Assembly (NCBI RefSeq): GCF_030028105.1
Contig: NC_092373.1
Span: 53,872,699-53,936,698 of the forward strand
Direction: 5' to 3'
Length of the DNA: 64,000 nucleotides
From: Mobula birostris
Taxonomy: Eukaryota
Numbering within the stretch: position 1 is the first letter of the stretch; each line of letters opens with the position of its first letter. This document shows, one piece after another, positions 40,313 to 53,767 of this stretch. Below the pieces are notes generated by a model. It saw only the letters and a list, made by a program, of their open reading frames with translations. It did not search any database and was not told the origin of the DNA. The position numbers and the translations under genes are program-made.

Positions 40313-41865
40313 CAGTGCTCCTCCCCCACCCAGAAGTTTTCATGTTTTGTTGTTTTACAATATTGAATCACAGTGGATTTAGTTTGCCTTTTTTGACACT
40401 GATCATCAGGAAAAGATGTGTCAAAGTGAAAGCAAATTTTCAACAAATTGGTCTAAATTTATTACAATTATTAAACAAAATAATTGATTACATAATTACT
40501 CACCCCCTTCAAGTCAGTATTTAGTAAATACACCTTTGGCAGTAATTAGCCTTGAGTCTGTGTGGATAGGTCTCCCATCAACTTTGCACATCTGGACATT
40601 GCAATTTTTCCCCATTCTTCTTTACAAAACTGCTCAAACTGTCAGATTGCATGGGGATCATGAGTGACCAGCCCTGTTCATCCAGCCACAAATTCACAAT
40701 TAGAATGAAGTCTGGACTTCGACTTGGCCACTCCAAGACATTAACTTTGCTGTTTTTAAGCCATTGCTGTGTTGGTTTGGCTTTATGCTTGGGGTCATTG
40801 TCTTGCTGGAAAACATACCTTTTTCTAAGTCGCAGTTCTCTTGCAGACTGCATCAGGGTTTCCTTCAGGATTTCCCTGTATTTTGCTGCATTCATTTTAC
40901 CCTCTACCTTCACAAGCCTTCCAGGGCCTGCTGCAGTGAAGCAACCACCACCATGCTCCATGTTTTATATGTTTTGTGGTGTTTGGCTTATAGCAAACAT
41001 AGCGTTTTGCCTGATGGCCAAAGAGTTCAATTTTAGTTTCATCAGACCAAATTTGCCAGCAGACTCCCATGTGACTGCAGGCAAATTGAGCTAAGATTTT
41101 GTGTGAATTTTTTTTCCACCAGTGGCTTTTTCTTTGCCACCCTCCCATAAAACTACAGCTGGTGAAGCACAAGGCAATAGTTGTTGTATGCAGTCTCTCC
41201 CATCTCAGCCACTGAAGCTTGCAACTCCTTCAGAATTGTCATAGGTCTCTTGGTGGCCTCCCTCACTAGTCCCCTTCTTGCATGATCAGTCAGTTGAGGA
41301 CAGCCTGCTCTTGGCAGATTTACAGCTCTGTCTTATTCTTACCATTTCTTGATGGTTGACTTAACTGTACTACAAGGGATATTCAGTAACTTGAAAATGT
41401 TCTTGTACCATCTCCTGACCTGTGCTTTTCAATAACCTTTTTTTGTGGAGTTGCTTGGATTGTTCTTTTGTCTTCATAGTGTAGCTTTTGCTCGGATATT
41501 GACTTTACAGCAGTTGGACCTTCCAGATACAGGTGTATTTTTTGAATACAATCAATTGAAACACCTTGACTGTACACTGGTGATCTCCATTTAACTAATT
41601 ATGTGACTTCTAAAATCAATTGGTTGCACCAGTGATGATCTGGTGTGTCATATTACAGGGAGTGGGGTTAATACTTATGCAATTTTGTGTTTTATATTTG
41701 TGATTAATTTAGATCACTTTGTAGAAATCTATTTTCACTTTGACACAAGTCATTTTCTGTTGATCAGTGTTGAAAAAGCCAAATTAAATCCACTGTGATT
41801 CAATGTTGTAAAACAATAAGACATGAAATCTTTCAATGGGAGTGAATATTCTTTATAGGTATCAT
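40313..41865 (-). mobile_element. Tc1-like transposon, decayed, long inverted repeats
   Basis: WSDETKIELFG, QQDNDPKH, WPSRSPD motifs; about 40330-40510 is inverted at about 41660-41850. Confidence 0.9.
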
Positions 41866-42063
41866 ACCTCTTAACATGTTTGTATTCAACTTGATTTTTG
41901 TCCCACCATAACTTATCTAAAATTATTAAAACTGGTAGAAAGGAAAGCCAAAAGCAAATCAGAAACAACCAATAAAAAGATATATACTATGATTTTTAAT
42001 TGACCTTAAAATGCAGCATCGCTTCCAAGTTACTTTTAAAATATTTAAGTTAAATTATCTTAC

Positions 42064-42257
42064 TTTTGATGTTAGCGTAAGGATGCAGAACTTTAAGATA
42101 GCAGGCATCCTCATTACACAAATGAGAGACTTGTACGTTTCCTTGATTCCTTGCTGAGCAACCTGATGCATTGGCGTTTGTCCACCGTTTTCCTTTTTAA
42201 GAACCATAACCAACGTTGTTGTCACCAGGAAAACTATCCCCCAGAAAAATAGAAAAT
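42064..42257 (-). CDS. SLC33A1: SLC33A1 coding exon 2 (194 bp; not in ORF track)
   Basis: TTTTAG|AT TTT CTA TTT TTC TGG gives DFLFFWGIVFLVTTTLVMVLKKE...ILTLTSK|GTAAGA; phases fit neighbours. Confidence 0.95.
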
Positions 42258-44269
42258 CTAAAAGTAGAAGTTTAAAAACATGGAAGTGAAAAATCTAACT
42301 TTTTCATTGTAGATATTTGTAATGCCATAAAAGTATGATTATCTTGATAATTTAAATCTCAGCAAAAGGTCATGTAGCATTTCTTGTAAAGGAAGAATGA
42401 GCTTGTACACTATGTTAAAGACGTCTACTAAAGGCATTAATGTGAATTTCCACTGGACTGCCTCCATGCAAGTATACCCTTTCTTAAATAAGTGCATAAT
42501 ATGGATAAGTGACCATAGTAACAGCCTGTAGAATTGTAACAATACCTCTACTTTAAAACCCAAACCCCTGATCAATTATGGCCAATATGCCTTTGCCTTG
42601 TCAATCACTCACTGAATCTGCATGCTTTCTTTGTGATTCATGTGGAAGACCTAATCATTTTCCCACATTCAAGTGAAAACTGTATATTGAGATAATAGTC
42701 ATGCCTTGATTCTTCCTATGGAAGTGCATGACCTTTCTACATTAAACAGCAGTTAAGTTCTTACACCACACTCATTCTATGTGTCCTGTTGCAGAGTGCA
42801 GATATCCTCATCATAACAAGTCTCTTATCTATTTTAATGTCATCAGCAAACTTTATATTCTGCCACTCCATGTCATGAAGCTAGATAGTAAACAATTGGG
42901 GACCAAGAAATAATCTATGTGGCATTCCACCAGTTACATCTTTCCAGTTTGAGAAAAGATCTATTTATTCCAACTGTCTTCTATGTGGTAGATATTCAAT
43001 CCATATTCACACACAGACATATACTTCACTCAACCATATTGTGAACCTTTTTCTGTGCTGCAAACTGTCACGATTCTGTGACAAGCTCAAATTCCAGATG
43101 AAAGTTAAAGCAGGGAGTGCATTGTGACAAAATAAAATTATGCCATTTTTAAAGTAGACCTCATATGATATTTTATTGAATTACACTAAATATCTGCAGA
43201 CCAATTTCATAAATAGAGAAATACAAGGAGGTTATTTGGTTCTGCGAGACTGTTCTGTCCTTCAATCATACCCCGCATGCCTCAACTGGTTACCAAAAAT
43301 CTAGTGCAATAAACATCAGAACCATGCAGAGTTTTCAACTGAAACTTCACACCACCAGTCACTAGTTTTACCAAAAAATGTATTACCTGATTTAAAATTA
43401 ACAAATGACGAGTAATCATTTCTGTTTACAAATGAGTATCCTGAGTTTTTAAACCAATTATTAATACATATTACAATTTCTAATTTCAACCTGAAAGTCT
43501 TGATTCGTAGATTCTCCAAAAGCAGAAAAAGCTTCTTTCAACATAAATTGTCAATTCTGTTTAATGCCCCAAAATATTCAATTCAGCTATCCCTTAATTT
43601 TCTAAATATCTGGTAATGTAACTATAGTTTGCTTAATCACTCAAATTGAAATCTATTGGGTCCATTCTAATAAATTTACTCTGCACTCCATCTAAAAACA
43701 ATAACATTCCTGAAATTGTTTACAATATGGTGCCAAATTTTTTTTGGAACTTTGCATGACACTTTAATGATCTATATTTCTGGATCCAAGATACCTTGGA
43801 CATTGCTACTTTTAGCTCTAGGACATTTACAAAGATTTTTATCTTGGGATATAAGCAATTTGCCCACATTTCCTATATCAAACTCTATTTCACAATGTTT
43901 TACTTAATTGTATTATTTGTTAAATTCGGAAATAGAAAATGCTGTAAAAAAATTCAGCAGGTTAGAATCAGAATCAGATTTGTTATCACCGGCATGTGTC
44001 GTGAAATTTGTTAACAGCATCAATGCAGAGAAAAAACTTTTACTTGCCATAGATGCTGCCTGATTTTCTACTTCTATTTTATTTCGGTTTTCAAGCACCT
44101 TCAGCATTTCAGTTTATTTTCTTCAAATTTATTTGTTCACAGAACCTAGGTATTATTTATTGTTTTAACTTCCCCTTGAACTGAGTAACTTGTGAGCAGT
44201 TAAAGTCAATTATGTTATTAGTCTAATATCACGAATCAGCCAATAAGGGAAGGTTTGTCACACAAATCA

Positions 44270-44790
44270 TAAACACAAGAGATTTTGTGATGCTGGAAAT
44301 CAGAGTAACGCACACATGATGAGGCCATTTCTTATGCTGGAGAAGCATCATCATCGGGGTAACCTCCAACCCGAAGGCATGAACATTGATTTCTGTAACT
44401 TTTGGAAATTTTCTCCTGCTCTTCTTCCATTCCCCATTCTGGATTCCCTCTTACCTCACCACATCACCTACCTATCACCTCCCTCTGGTGCCCCACCTCC
44501 TGCAACCCCCCCATGGTCCACTCTCCTCTCCTATTAGATTTTGCCTTCTTCAGCCCTTTACCTTTTCCACCTATCACCTACCAGCTTCTCACTTCATTCC
44601 CCCCCCCCACCTGGTTTCACCTATCGCCTTCTAGCTTGTACTTCTTCCCCTCCCCCAATCTTCTTATCCTGGCTTCTTCCTCCACCGTTTGCAATTCTTA
44701 AGAAGGGTCTCGGCCCAAAATGTCAACAGTTTATTCCTTTCCATAGATGCTGCCTGACCTGCTGAGTTCCCCTAGCCTTTTGTGTGTGTG
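44270..44790 (+). mobile_element. Penelope-like 3' fragment
   Basis: LQPEGMNIDF end of endonuclease; pyrimidine-rich tail; degenerate hammerhead near 44695-44730. Confidence 0.7.
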
Positions 44791-44883
44791 ACACCAAGTT
44801 TGTCAGATATCCTTCCCCAAGGACATTAGTGAGGCAGACAGACATTTACTGCAATTCAGTGGGCTCAGGAAACCATTACTGAT

Positions 44884-45829
44884 CCAACACAAGAAAATCT
44901 GCAGATGCTGGAAATCCAAGGCAACACACACACACACGCACACACAGTGCTGGAGGAATTCAACAGGCCAGGCAGGATCTACGGAAAAGAGTAAATGGTC
45001 AACATTTTGGGACTGGAAAGGAAGAGAAGTCAGAGTAAGACGAGGGGGGAAGGGAGGGAGCAAAACAAGGTGGTAGGTGATAGGTGAAACCGGGAGAGGG
45101 GGAGGGGTGAAGTAAAGAGCTGGGAAGATTAGTGAAAGAGATAAGGGAAGAAGGGAGAACCTGATAAGAGAGAACAGAAGCCCACGAAAGAAAGAAGGGG
45201 GAGGAGCACCAGAGGGAGGTGATAGGCAGGTGAGGAGATCAGGTGAGGAGATGAGGTGAGGGGGGAAAACAGGAATAGGGAATGGTGAAGGAGAGAAGTG
45301 GGGAATGACCATTACCAGAAGTTCGAGAAATGGGCATTCATGTCATCAGGTTGGAGGCTACCGAGACAGAATATAAGGTGTTATTCCTCCAACCTGAGCG
45401 TTGCCTCAACCCAGCAGTAGAGGCGGCCGTGGACTCCCATGTTGGAATGGGAATGGGAAGTAGGATTGAAATGGGTGGCCACCTTATCTTTTTACATGCC
45501 CATCAACTCCTTCTTGTGCTTCTCCACATTCCCTTTCTTCTATGGTCTTCTGTTCTCCCCCATCAGGTTCCCCCTTCTCTTGCCCTTTATCCCTTTCAAA
45601 AATCAACTTTCCAGCTGCTTACTTCAACCACCCCCCCCCCCCACCCCTGGTTTCACCTATCACCCATAACCTTGTATTTCTTCCTCCCCTCTTCCCACCT
45701 TCTTACTCTGACTTCTCCTCCTCTTTTCCAGTCCTGATGAAGGGTCTCAGCCCAAAACATCAACTGTTTACTCTCTTCCATGGATGCTAGTTGGCCTGCT
45801 GAGCTCCTCCACCATTTTTGTGTGTTGCT
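44884..45829. mobile_element. Penelope-like insertion with inverted 3' ends and 13-bp TSD
   Basis: AACCATTA(C/T)TGAT at 44871-44883 and 45830-45842; degenerate hammerhead at 45730-45765. Confidence 0.8.
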
Positions 45830-46029
45830 AACCATTATTGATATTGTATTTTAATTCTAGATGTAGTTAATGTCTAGAATTTAGGTTCCCAGCTAAATTC
45901 CAGTAACGAACTGGGGTATCAGGCCTCTGATTAGTAAAAAGCATATTGTTCCCTCAAACCTTTACGGTACCATGTGCTTCCCTGTTTTCCCTATTGTGTA
46001 TCTTTCATGGTTCAGCCAACTTCTTCATT

Positions 46030-47220
46030 GGAGCATAAGAAATAGGGGAGGGAGTAGAGGCTACCTGGCCCATCAAGCCTGCTCTCCCATTCAATAAGAT
46101 CACAGCTGATCTGTCAGTGGAGTCACCTGCACTTATCTGCCTTTTCCCCATACCTAATTCTCTATTCCGCTGTTATGCAAAAATATACCTAACTGTATCT
46201 CAAGTTGTATTTAATTAGAGTCTTGGCTGCTTCCCTGGGCGGCGTATTCCACAGATCCACAACTTTCTGGGAAAAGCAGTTTCTCCTAATCCCTGTGTAA
46301 ATCTATTCCCTCAACTTTTAGTTTTAGTCTCACTTACCAATGGAAACAAATTTTCTACCTCTATTTTACATATTTCTTCCATTATGTTATGTTTCTACAA
46401 GATCCTCTTTCATTCTTCTAAATTCCAGTGAGTATAGTCCCAGGCAATTCAATGTCTCCTCACAGGTTAAGACACACATTTCCAGAATCAACCTCGTGAA
46501 CCTCCTCTGCACTGCCTTCAAAGCCAGTATGTGCTTCCTTAAAGAAGGGGACTAGAACTGCATGCAGTACTCTAGGTGTGGCCACAATAGTACCTAGTAC
46601 AACTGCAACATATCATCCTTGCTCTTAAATTCAATCTCTCTAGCAATGAAGGCCAACATTCCATTTGCTGCCTTGATAACCTGTTGCATCTGCAAGCCAA
46701 CCTTTTGCAATTCATGCACAAACATTCCCAAGTCCCTCTGCACAACAGCAGGCTGCAATCAATGTTCAAAGTAAAATTTTCACCATTTAAACAATCAGAT
46801 CTTCTATTTTTCCTTCCAACATTGTACTCCCGCCAGATTCTTGCCCACTCACTGAACCTATCTCTATCTCTTTGCAGACTCTCCCCATCCTCTGCACAAT
46901 TTGTTTTCCCACTCAATTTATTGTCATCAGCAAATTTTGATGTACAATACTTAGTCTCCTCTTCCAAATCTTTAAATGTATGACGTGAACGGTTGTGGGT
47001 GCAACACCCATTCCTGCAGCACTCCACTCATGAACAGTTGTGGAGGCAACACCGATTAGCGCAGCACTCCACTCGTGACTGCCTGCCAATCGGAGAAACA
47101 CCCACTTATACCTACACTCAGCTTTCCACTGCTTAATCAATCCTCTGTTCATGCTATTACACCAACTCCATGCATTCTTATCTTATGGATAAATCTTTCA
47201 TGTGGCACCTTATCAAACAC
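46030..47220 (-). mobile_element. CR1 LINE RT/3' fragment
   Basis: SKFADDNKL motif and CR1 3' tail. Confidence 0.75.
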
Positions 47221-48446
47221 CAAAATCAAGTAAATAATTTAATTTCCACAATATTTAACTTTAGTTATTAGTCTTTTATGATAACCTTCATTAAGTGCCT
47301 TCCAGAAATCCTGATGCGTTTTCTTGTTCACTACTTTAGATTTCTTTTCAAAACATTCCATCAGATATGTCAGGCATGACTTGTTCTTAGAAATCCAAGT
47401 TAAGATCATGATAACATTACTTGTCGTTGATAATATTATGTTTATAAAGTTATTAAAACTTGTATAATAGTACAATTGTTGTTAACCTATTGAATATGTA
47501 ATAGTAAATTAAGTTATTAATATACAGAATCACAAATGGACAAACCCAGTGGTTAAAGATGTGATTTTAATCAGAATCGGGGAAATGAAGCTAAGCCAGA
47601 TATGGGTGGGGTGGACTTAATTCAATTTTCGTAACTTGTACTAAGTTACATGGCTACAGGAAAAATGGAAAACTACAAATGATTTCACTCATACTCAGTT
47701 GAGGGTCAAGTATACAGTTGGTCCTGGCCCTTGAGTTGAGATGAGAGCTGAGAAGAGGAGCTCTGTTGGTATGGCTATTCAAGGAGCGCAGTTTGAAATT
47801 TAGTGAGGCTAAAGGTGGTGAAAATGTTTTTTCCATCAAATGAGAAACTAACATTAGTAAAGCAGGAAATTACCTGTTTCCCTTCTTTCAAACTACAATA
47901 TTTCAGCAAACCAACATCTTATCATTTCTTAAACTGCTGGAGGAACTCAGCAGGCCAGGCAGCATTTGGGTCTCGGCCTGAAAAGTCGACTGTACTCTTT
48001 TCCATAGATTCTGCTTGGCCTGCTGAGTTCCTCCAGCATTCTGAGTGTGTTGCTTGGATTTCCAGTATCTGCAGATTTTCTCTTGTTTGTGATCCTTTCC
48101 TTTCTGTTGTGGTTCTGTAATAACTGCTGCCACCTAATGTTATGCATTCAGACTGCATTCAGATTTTGCCAATGAACATGGCAGGTCTTTCAATGTCATA
48201 GAAAGACAGGCCAATAATACCATCAATGACAAGAATGAAAGATAATGAAGTAAATACTTCTGTAAAACATACTTGGTTGAAGGCAATGATGACTTAAGTG
48301 TTTTATGGCATTTTGAATCATAACATTGCAATACTACTTTTAGTCTAAATGCCTCCAAAAGGTAAATATAACATTGATAAAAGATACAAATAATTTCATA
48401 AAATTCATAAAAGTTAAAAGTGAACAACAAATATTCAGCATTTTAC

Positions 48447-49182
48447 CTGCGAGAGAAAGAATTCCAGTTGGTTGAGATATTATGCGTATATATTTGTTGC
48501 AGAATTCTGCTGATTCCAGTGCCAAAAAGAGTACGTTACCCAGAAAGTACCCTGCTGTCTGTCCAATGGAATTGCAAGTAGAAGCAAGTCCTACATTTTC
48601 TTTTGACAACATAGTTAATGCCCAGCCATCTACTGCTATATCTTGTGTAGCAGCCAGGAATCCAAACATAAAAAAAACAACTGTAAGCTTAACAATATTG
48701 GGGCTAGTATGCTCATCACTTTTCAGTAATTCATCCACTTCATACGACAGAAAAAGCATAAAAACCCCCAGAAAATATTGAGTTGGCACTAGCCAAGACT
48801 TTCTCCGCCCAAAGTTTGGAAGATACATGGCATCCACTAAAGGTGCCCACAGCAGTTTCAGACTGAATGGCCAAAATACGAAGCTGTAAATAGCTTGGTC
48901 TGAATAACTAACATTTTTGCTCTGCAGTATTAATGGAATGCTCCCAGCCAGACCAAGTGGAATTCCCTGCAAGATATAGAGGAATAAGAGCAGTAAAACA
49001 TTACTGAGATCTTTTTTAAGACCAGGGCTAGATAATCCATTGTCGTAATCTTTCAAAGGGCCCTTTTCATCCATTTCCAAACTAGTTTCGTAGCTAAGCA
49101 CTTCATTTTGCATGTGCCAAGCTTCAAGTGGATTTTGAACACGTTGTCTACTGCGTTCTTTGGGTATATCTGATGAAGACAT
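48447..49182 (-). CDS. SLC33A1: SLC33A1 coding exon 1 (ATG at 49182; exon acceptor at 49235)
   Basis: Translation includes LLLLFLYILQGIPLGLAGSIPLILQSKNVSYSDQAIYSFVFWPFSLKLLWAPLVD and ATQDIAVDGWALTMLS, hallmark AT-1 sequence. Donor GCAG|GTAAAA (phase 1); upstream acceptor TTTTTAG|GCTCC. Confidence 0.96.
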
Positions 49183-51029
49183 GTCAGATCTAATCTCAGA
49201 GCTCAGTTCTTCAATCAACCCGCCACGTTTGGAGCCTAAAAACAGTAGGATGAAAATGGGTGAAATTGGATTTATAACCTTTAAACAATAATTGTCAGTA
49301 ATGAAATCAAATTTTTATTTAATTATTTTCTTAGATCAGAACCATTTTACATTCATATGCAAAAACATCTTCCAATTTGCTTTTTGAAAGAGCTACCAAA
49401 ATCACTCTTTTGCATCCTGCATGTGCGGCCGCGTCAGGAAAATACTTCAGTGTTCTGTGTATACAATTTAATTTTTCTACAATCCAAGTAATGGCTTCAT
49501 TCAAATAAACAAAATTTTAGGCTATATTCTAATAATTTCTAAATTGAATTGCATGGAAAGCAAAGAATTATCAAACAAGAACATTTAAAACCATATTAAA
49601 CCAATCTCCCACGTGAATAATTTTGAGCCCATGTTAACAAGAAAAAAAAGATATTTATATAGTCCTTTTCAAGAAAAGAGGAGAGGAAAATAGATATGCA
49701 AGTGTCTGGGTTTTGACCAATGCCATCTCTTTTCTCAAGTTTCTGAGTAACAAACAATCACAGCTCCAATAAACAAAATGTTAAATCGTAATACTTAATC
49801 AAGCCATCATGAGCAAAATATTTCTATCTCCTATCCTTCCCAAGATATCACTGATTCTACGCATAGCCCTGCAGATCATGGAGCCGTGTGCCTATTCTTC
49901 AAGCATGCTTCAACGTTGAGCTTTATATTATTCTAAGTCTAAAGTGTCTGCCTATCCAATAGAGAATGACCTGATGTAGAATCACTACTGGCTGCCTTGC
50001 AATTGCTTTGTACCATTTTGCTGGAGAACAGCTACTTCTCCAGCTGCAGGACCAGCATCTGGAGAGTTGAAGACAATGTTAAAAAAAAATCTAATGGCAA
50101 AGTATGCCAGACAAACTCTACAGCTGCAGAAACATGTCTGAAATCATACTGGAGAGTCAGCAAGCTGCAGTCACCTACAAAAATTAGCACATCCTGACAG
50201 TGGAATCAATATGGGTAAGAGCAAGTGAGTTGCTTCCTCCAAGGACATGGCAAAAATGGACCATCTAAAAATGCCCTGGGTTATTTCTTACATTTTGGCT
50301 CATTTGAAATATACTAAGGACAAAAGAAAAGTGAGGCTCATTATAGATCAGAGGGACAGTCTGCATGTGAAGGCAGAGAATATAGGTAACATTTTAAATG
50401 AAGTCTTCTGGTGTGTATTCATTAAGGAGAAGAACATGGCTGAAGAATTCATGGAGACAACCTTGCAGAACAGTATATCACAAAAGGTGGGGTTTTCCAG
50501 CTCTTACTTCTTATATTATGTCCAATATGTTTTCCCATTGTATTTTTATGCAATAAAAACTCAAGAAGATATTAGCATCATATGCAGTACCAGAATTATA
50601 ATGCAAGCTATTCAATGATTAAATTACTCTTTTGAAAGTCATACAATACCGTCATTACAAAAGTCTTTACATCACTTCAACATATGCCTATTAACTATTG
50701 CCATGGTTTCAGTAAGGTATATGTAATCAGAGCTAAAACTGTAATTTAGTTTTAAGTTTCAATCATTATGTGATTAAGAAATATAGCAACCAAAATGTTA
50801 TGATTAAATCACAGAAGCGGTAATTCCCAATTCAACGTAATTAATGCACAGGAAATATTTAAAAGTGCGTACTTTTCAGTGAACCAGCAACTAGCAAAAT
50901 AATCGTGACTAAGTAAAATATCATAAATCAAGTCTTTGCCGACTTGTTTGTAACAACCTTTAAACGCAAAAATGTTAAAAATCGTTGTTTAACGTTCCTG
51001 ATTCTGTCCCGAGTTTCATTCATAAACAT

Positions 51030-51600
51030 TTGAAACACGGAAGAACCCCCACGTGATCCGGCCAGCCCTCCCCCGATTCCGATAGCGGGCCTCATTCAAG
51101 CATAGGACGCGTGGACTGAGACTAACAACATAAAAACAACCACCTCTTGGTAAAGGCCCAGCCGCCGATTTCCCGGTCCAGTGCCGCTCGTTCACCAAAA
51201 GCGAGGCCGACAAGCTTCAAGCCACCGAAGGCGCAGTGGCTGCCACCCTGCCGAGCGCCAGGACCCCCACTGAGGGCCGCCGAGTGAGCATCGAACACAC
51301 CACCAGCCTTCCCTGACACTACTCTCAGTTCCTTCCACCCGGCTTGGCTGGACCCGGCGAGCCCGCTTCCTCCCCTCCCCTCCCACTCGAGGCGTGGCGA
51401 GGTGTGGGGACGAGTGACGTGGCAGATCCGGACGGGTTAGACGCCGCACATCCACACAGCCGATACACGCCATCCGCTCGGCGCCACTCGCCAGCGTGGT
51501 TTTGTTCAGTGGAATGGCAGTGCGTGCCGGCTGCACTCTCCCGCCATCCTGCACTGTCCTTAATATTTCCATTGACCTCATCTGCACCATGCATGCCGTG
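51030..51600 (-). promoter_or_regulatory. CpG-island promoter and probable non-coding first exon of SLC33A1
   Basis: GC/CpG-rich island about 2 kb upstream of the ATG exon, which begins with a splice acceptor; contains TGACGTGGCA (51415-51424) and CACGTG (51050-51055). Exon donor not pinned down. Confidence 0.75.
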
Positions 51601-51822
51601 TCGTCAAAGTTGCTTTTGTGTGAAGGACTTATTGAGTTTGCTTTTTTTTCCTAGTTTCAAAACTGAACAACTGTCATTGTGATGTAAATTAACGCTCGAG
51701 GTTCACCCTACCCTCCCATTTGGAAGGAATCCTATTCATGGTGAGTCAGCGGTTTTAGAAATGTATATGTCATACCTCTGGATTGCTGCCTGTGCCAGGT
51801 GCCAGTGAAGGTACGAACAGGA

Positions 51823-52043
51823 CAGGGGTTCTTAACCTTTTCTATGCCATGGACCCCTTTGGCAGTTCAGTGAAGCCTGTGGACCTCCTTCTCAGAATAA
51901 TGTATTCAAATACACAGAACAAAATACATGGGATTACAAAAGTGACTAAGCCACAGGTACTGCTAAGACTACTGTGGTTTGTTATCCCCATTCATAATTC
52001 AAGGAAATACTAAATTCCGTGGACCCCAGGTTGAGAACCCCTG
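51823..52043. mobile_element. hAT-type MITE
   Basis: TIRs CAGGGGTTCTTAACC / GGTTGAGAACCCCTG; imperfect 8-bp TSD GAACAGGA/GAGTAGGA. Confidence 0.7.
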
Positions 52044-52049
52044 GAGTAG

Positions 52050-53630
52050 GATAATTTGACAGATGTGGCTTAGGAATTGGTGCAGGGGGCAGGATTTCTG
52101 ATTTCTGGAGCATTGGGATCTCTTCAGGTGGAAGGTATGACCTGTATGAAAAGGACAGGTTACACCTGAACCTGAAGGGAACCAACAACCTGCAGGCAGG
52201 TTTGCTGGAGCAGTTCGGGAGGGTTTAAACTAATTTTGCGTGGGGGGCGGGGAAGAAGAGAACCAGAACAATAGGACCAAGGATGGGACTGTTGATATAC
52301 AGGAAAGACAGATGATAGGACAAAATTGATTCAGTGGGATGAGTTGAAGTGTAACATGAGGACAAAATCAAAAAGAATGATGAATACAGGACTGAAGGCG
52401 TTACATTTGAATGAAAACGGTATATGGAATAAGGTAGATGATGATCTTGTAGCCCAGTTAAAGAAGTTTCAAGAGTAAAAAAGATCCTGATGGAAGTTAT
52501 ATACAGGCCTCCAAATAGTAGCCAAGATGTGGGATACAAATTACAATGAGAGAAAGAAAAAAATATGAAAAGTGCAATGTTGCTACAGTGATGGGGTATT
52601 TCAATATGTGGGTAGATTAGGAAAATCGACTTGGTGCTACATCCCAAGAGGTGGAATTTGCAGAATGCCTGTGAGATGGCTTTTTAGAGCAGCTTGTGGC
52701 TGAACACACTAGGGGAAAGGCAATTCTGGATTTGGTGTTGTGTAATGAACAAGACTTGATTAGGGAGCTTAAGTTAAAGGAACCCTTATGAGGCGGTGAT
52801 CTTAACACAAGAGCATTCACTCTGCAGTTTGAGAGGGTGAGATAAAGTTAGATGTATCAGTATTACAGTGGAGTAAAAGGAATTATTGGAGTGTATGGGA
52901 TGTCCAGGGAGGGGTTAGCACCTCTGGTGAAGAGAGTTGTTTCCATTCCAGGGTAGCTCACTCACCTTTGGTCCCCAATGGACACTCAGCTCTCACCTGT
53001 AGCTCCAAATAACTGCTTACATGTGAAAGTAGCCACACCCCAGTACATTGCTTTGACAGGCGGGCTAAACCAGGCACGGCCTCACACCCCAGTGTCAGCT
53101 CTGGCAGACTGGTTGGATGAGAGCGCTAGTGAAATGCAATGGCCAGGAAGGTGGTACTGTAACGCTCCATGAGAGTGAAGGGCATGACAAGGCACAGAAG
53201 ATGTCATGGTCATCCAATGTAACCAAAGAAAACTCCAGTTTGTGACACTAGTTCGTACCACTGAACACGGAGTTCTGACTTTGAGAGAATGGAACTACCC
53301 CGGTGCAACCTTAAAAACTCTCCCATATAGGTTTCCTGTCATCGTTGGACACTGTGGGCAACCATCAAAGAGAATTACAGGGGGAAGAGAGAGGAGGTGT
53401 CCAAGGTCGACAAATCTGTTGGCATTCTTTGAAAAAATAACTGACAGGATAGACAATGGAGAGTCATTAGTTGTTGTTTACTTGAATTTTCAGAAGGCTT
53501 TTGACAAGGTGCCACACATGAGGCTGCTTAACAAGATAAGAACCCATGGTATTACAGGAAAGATACTGGCATGGATAGAAGATTGGTTGACATGCAAAAG
53601 GGAAAGAGTGGGAATAAATGGTTGGCTGCT
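52050..53630 (+). mobile_element. CR1 LINE fragments (ORF1 end, endonuclease, RT) with an unclassified insert at about 52890-53360
   Basis: YRPPN, ILDLVL, FQKAFDKVPH motifs, degraded. Confidence 0.6.
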
Positions 53631-53767
53631 ATTTAAGCTCAAGCCTAATTACGGGACAATTTACAATGACATCAGAATCGAGTTTAATATCATTGGCATG
53701 TGTCATGAAATATGTAGTTTTGTGATACATAATTTAAAAAACTATGAATTACAGAGAAATCTATATA

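Noticed and set aside
48340-49218. 292-aa ORF as a complete single-exon gene
   Set aside because: It starts at a non-ATG codon and reads through the donor at 48447 into intron; the real exon codes 49182-48447.
51016-51682. Several overlapping ORFs in the CpG island
   Set aside because: Expected from high GC content; no recognisable protein motifs.
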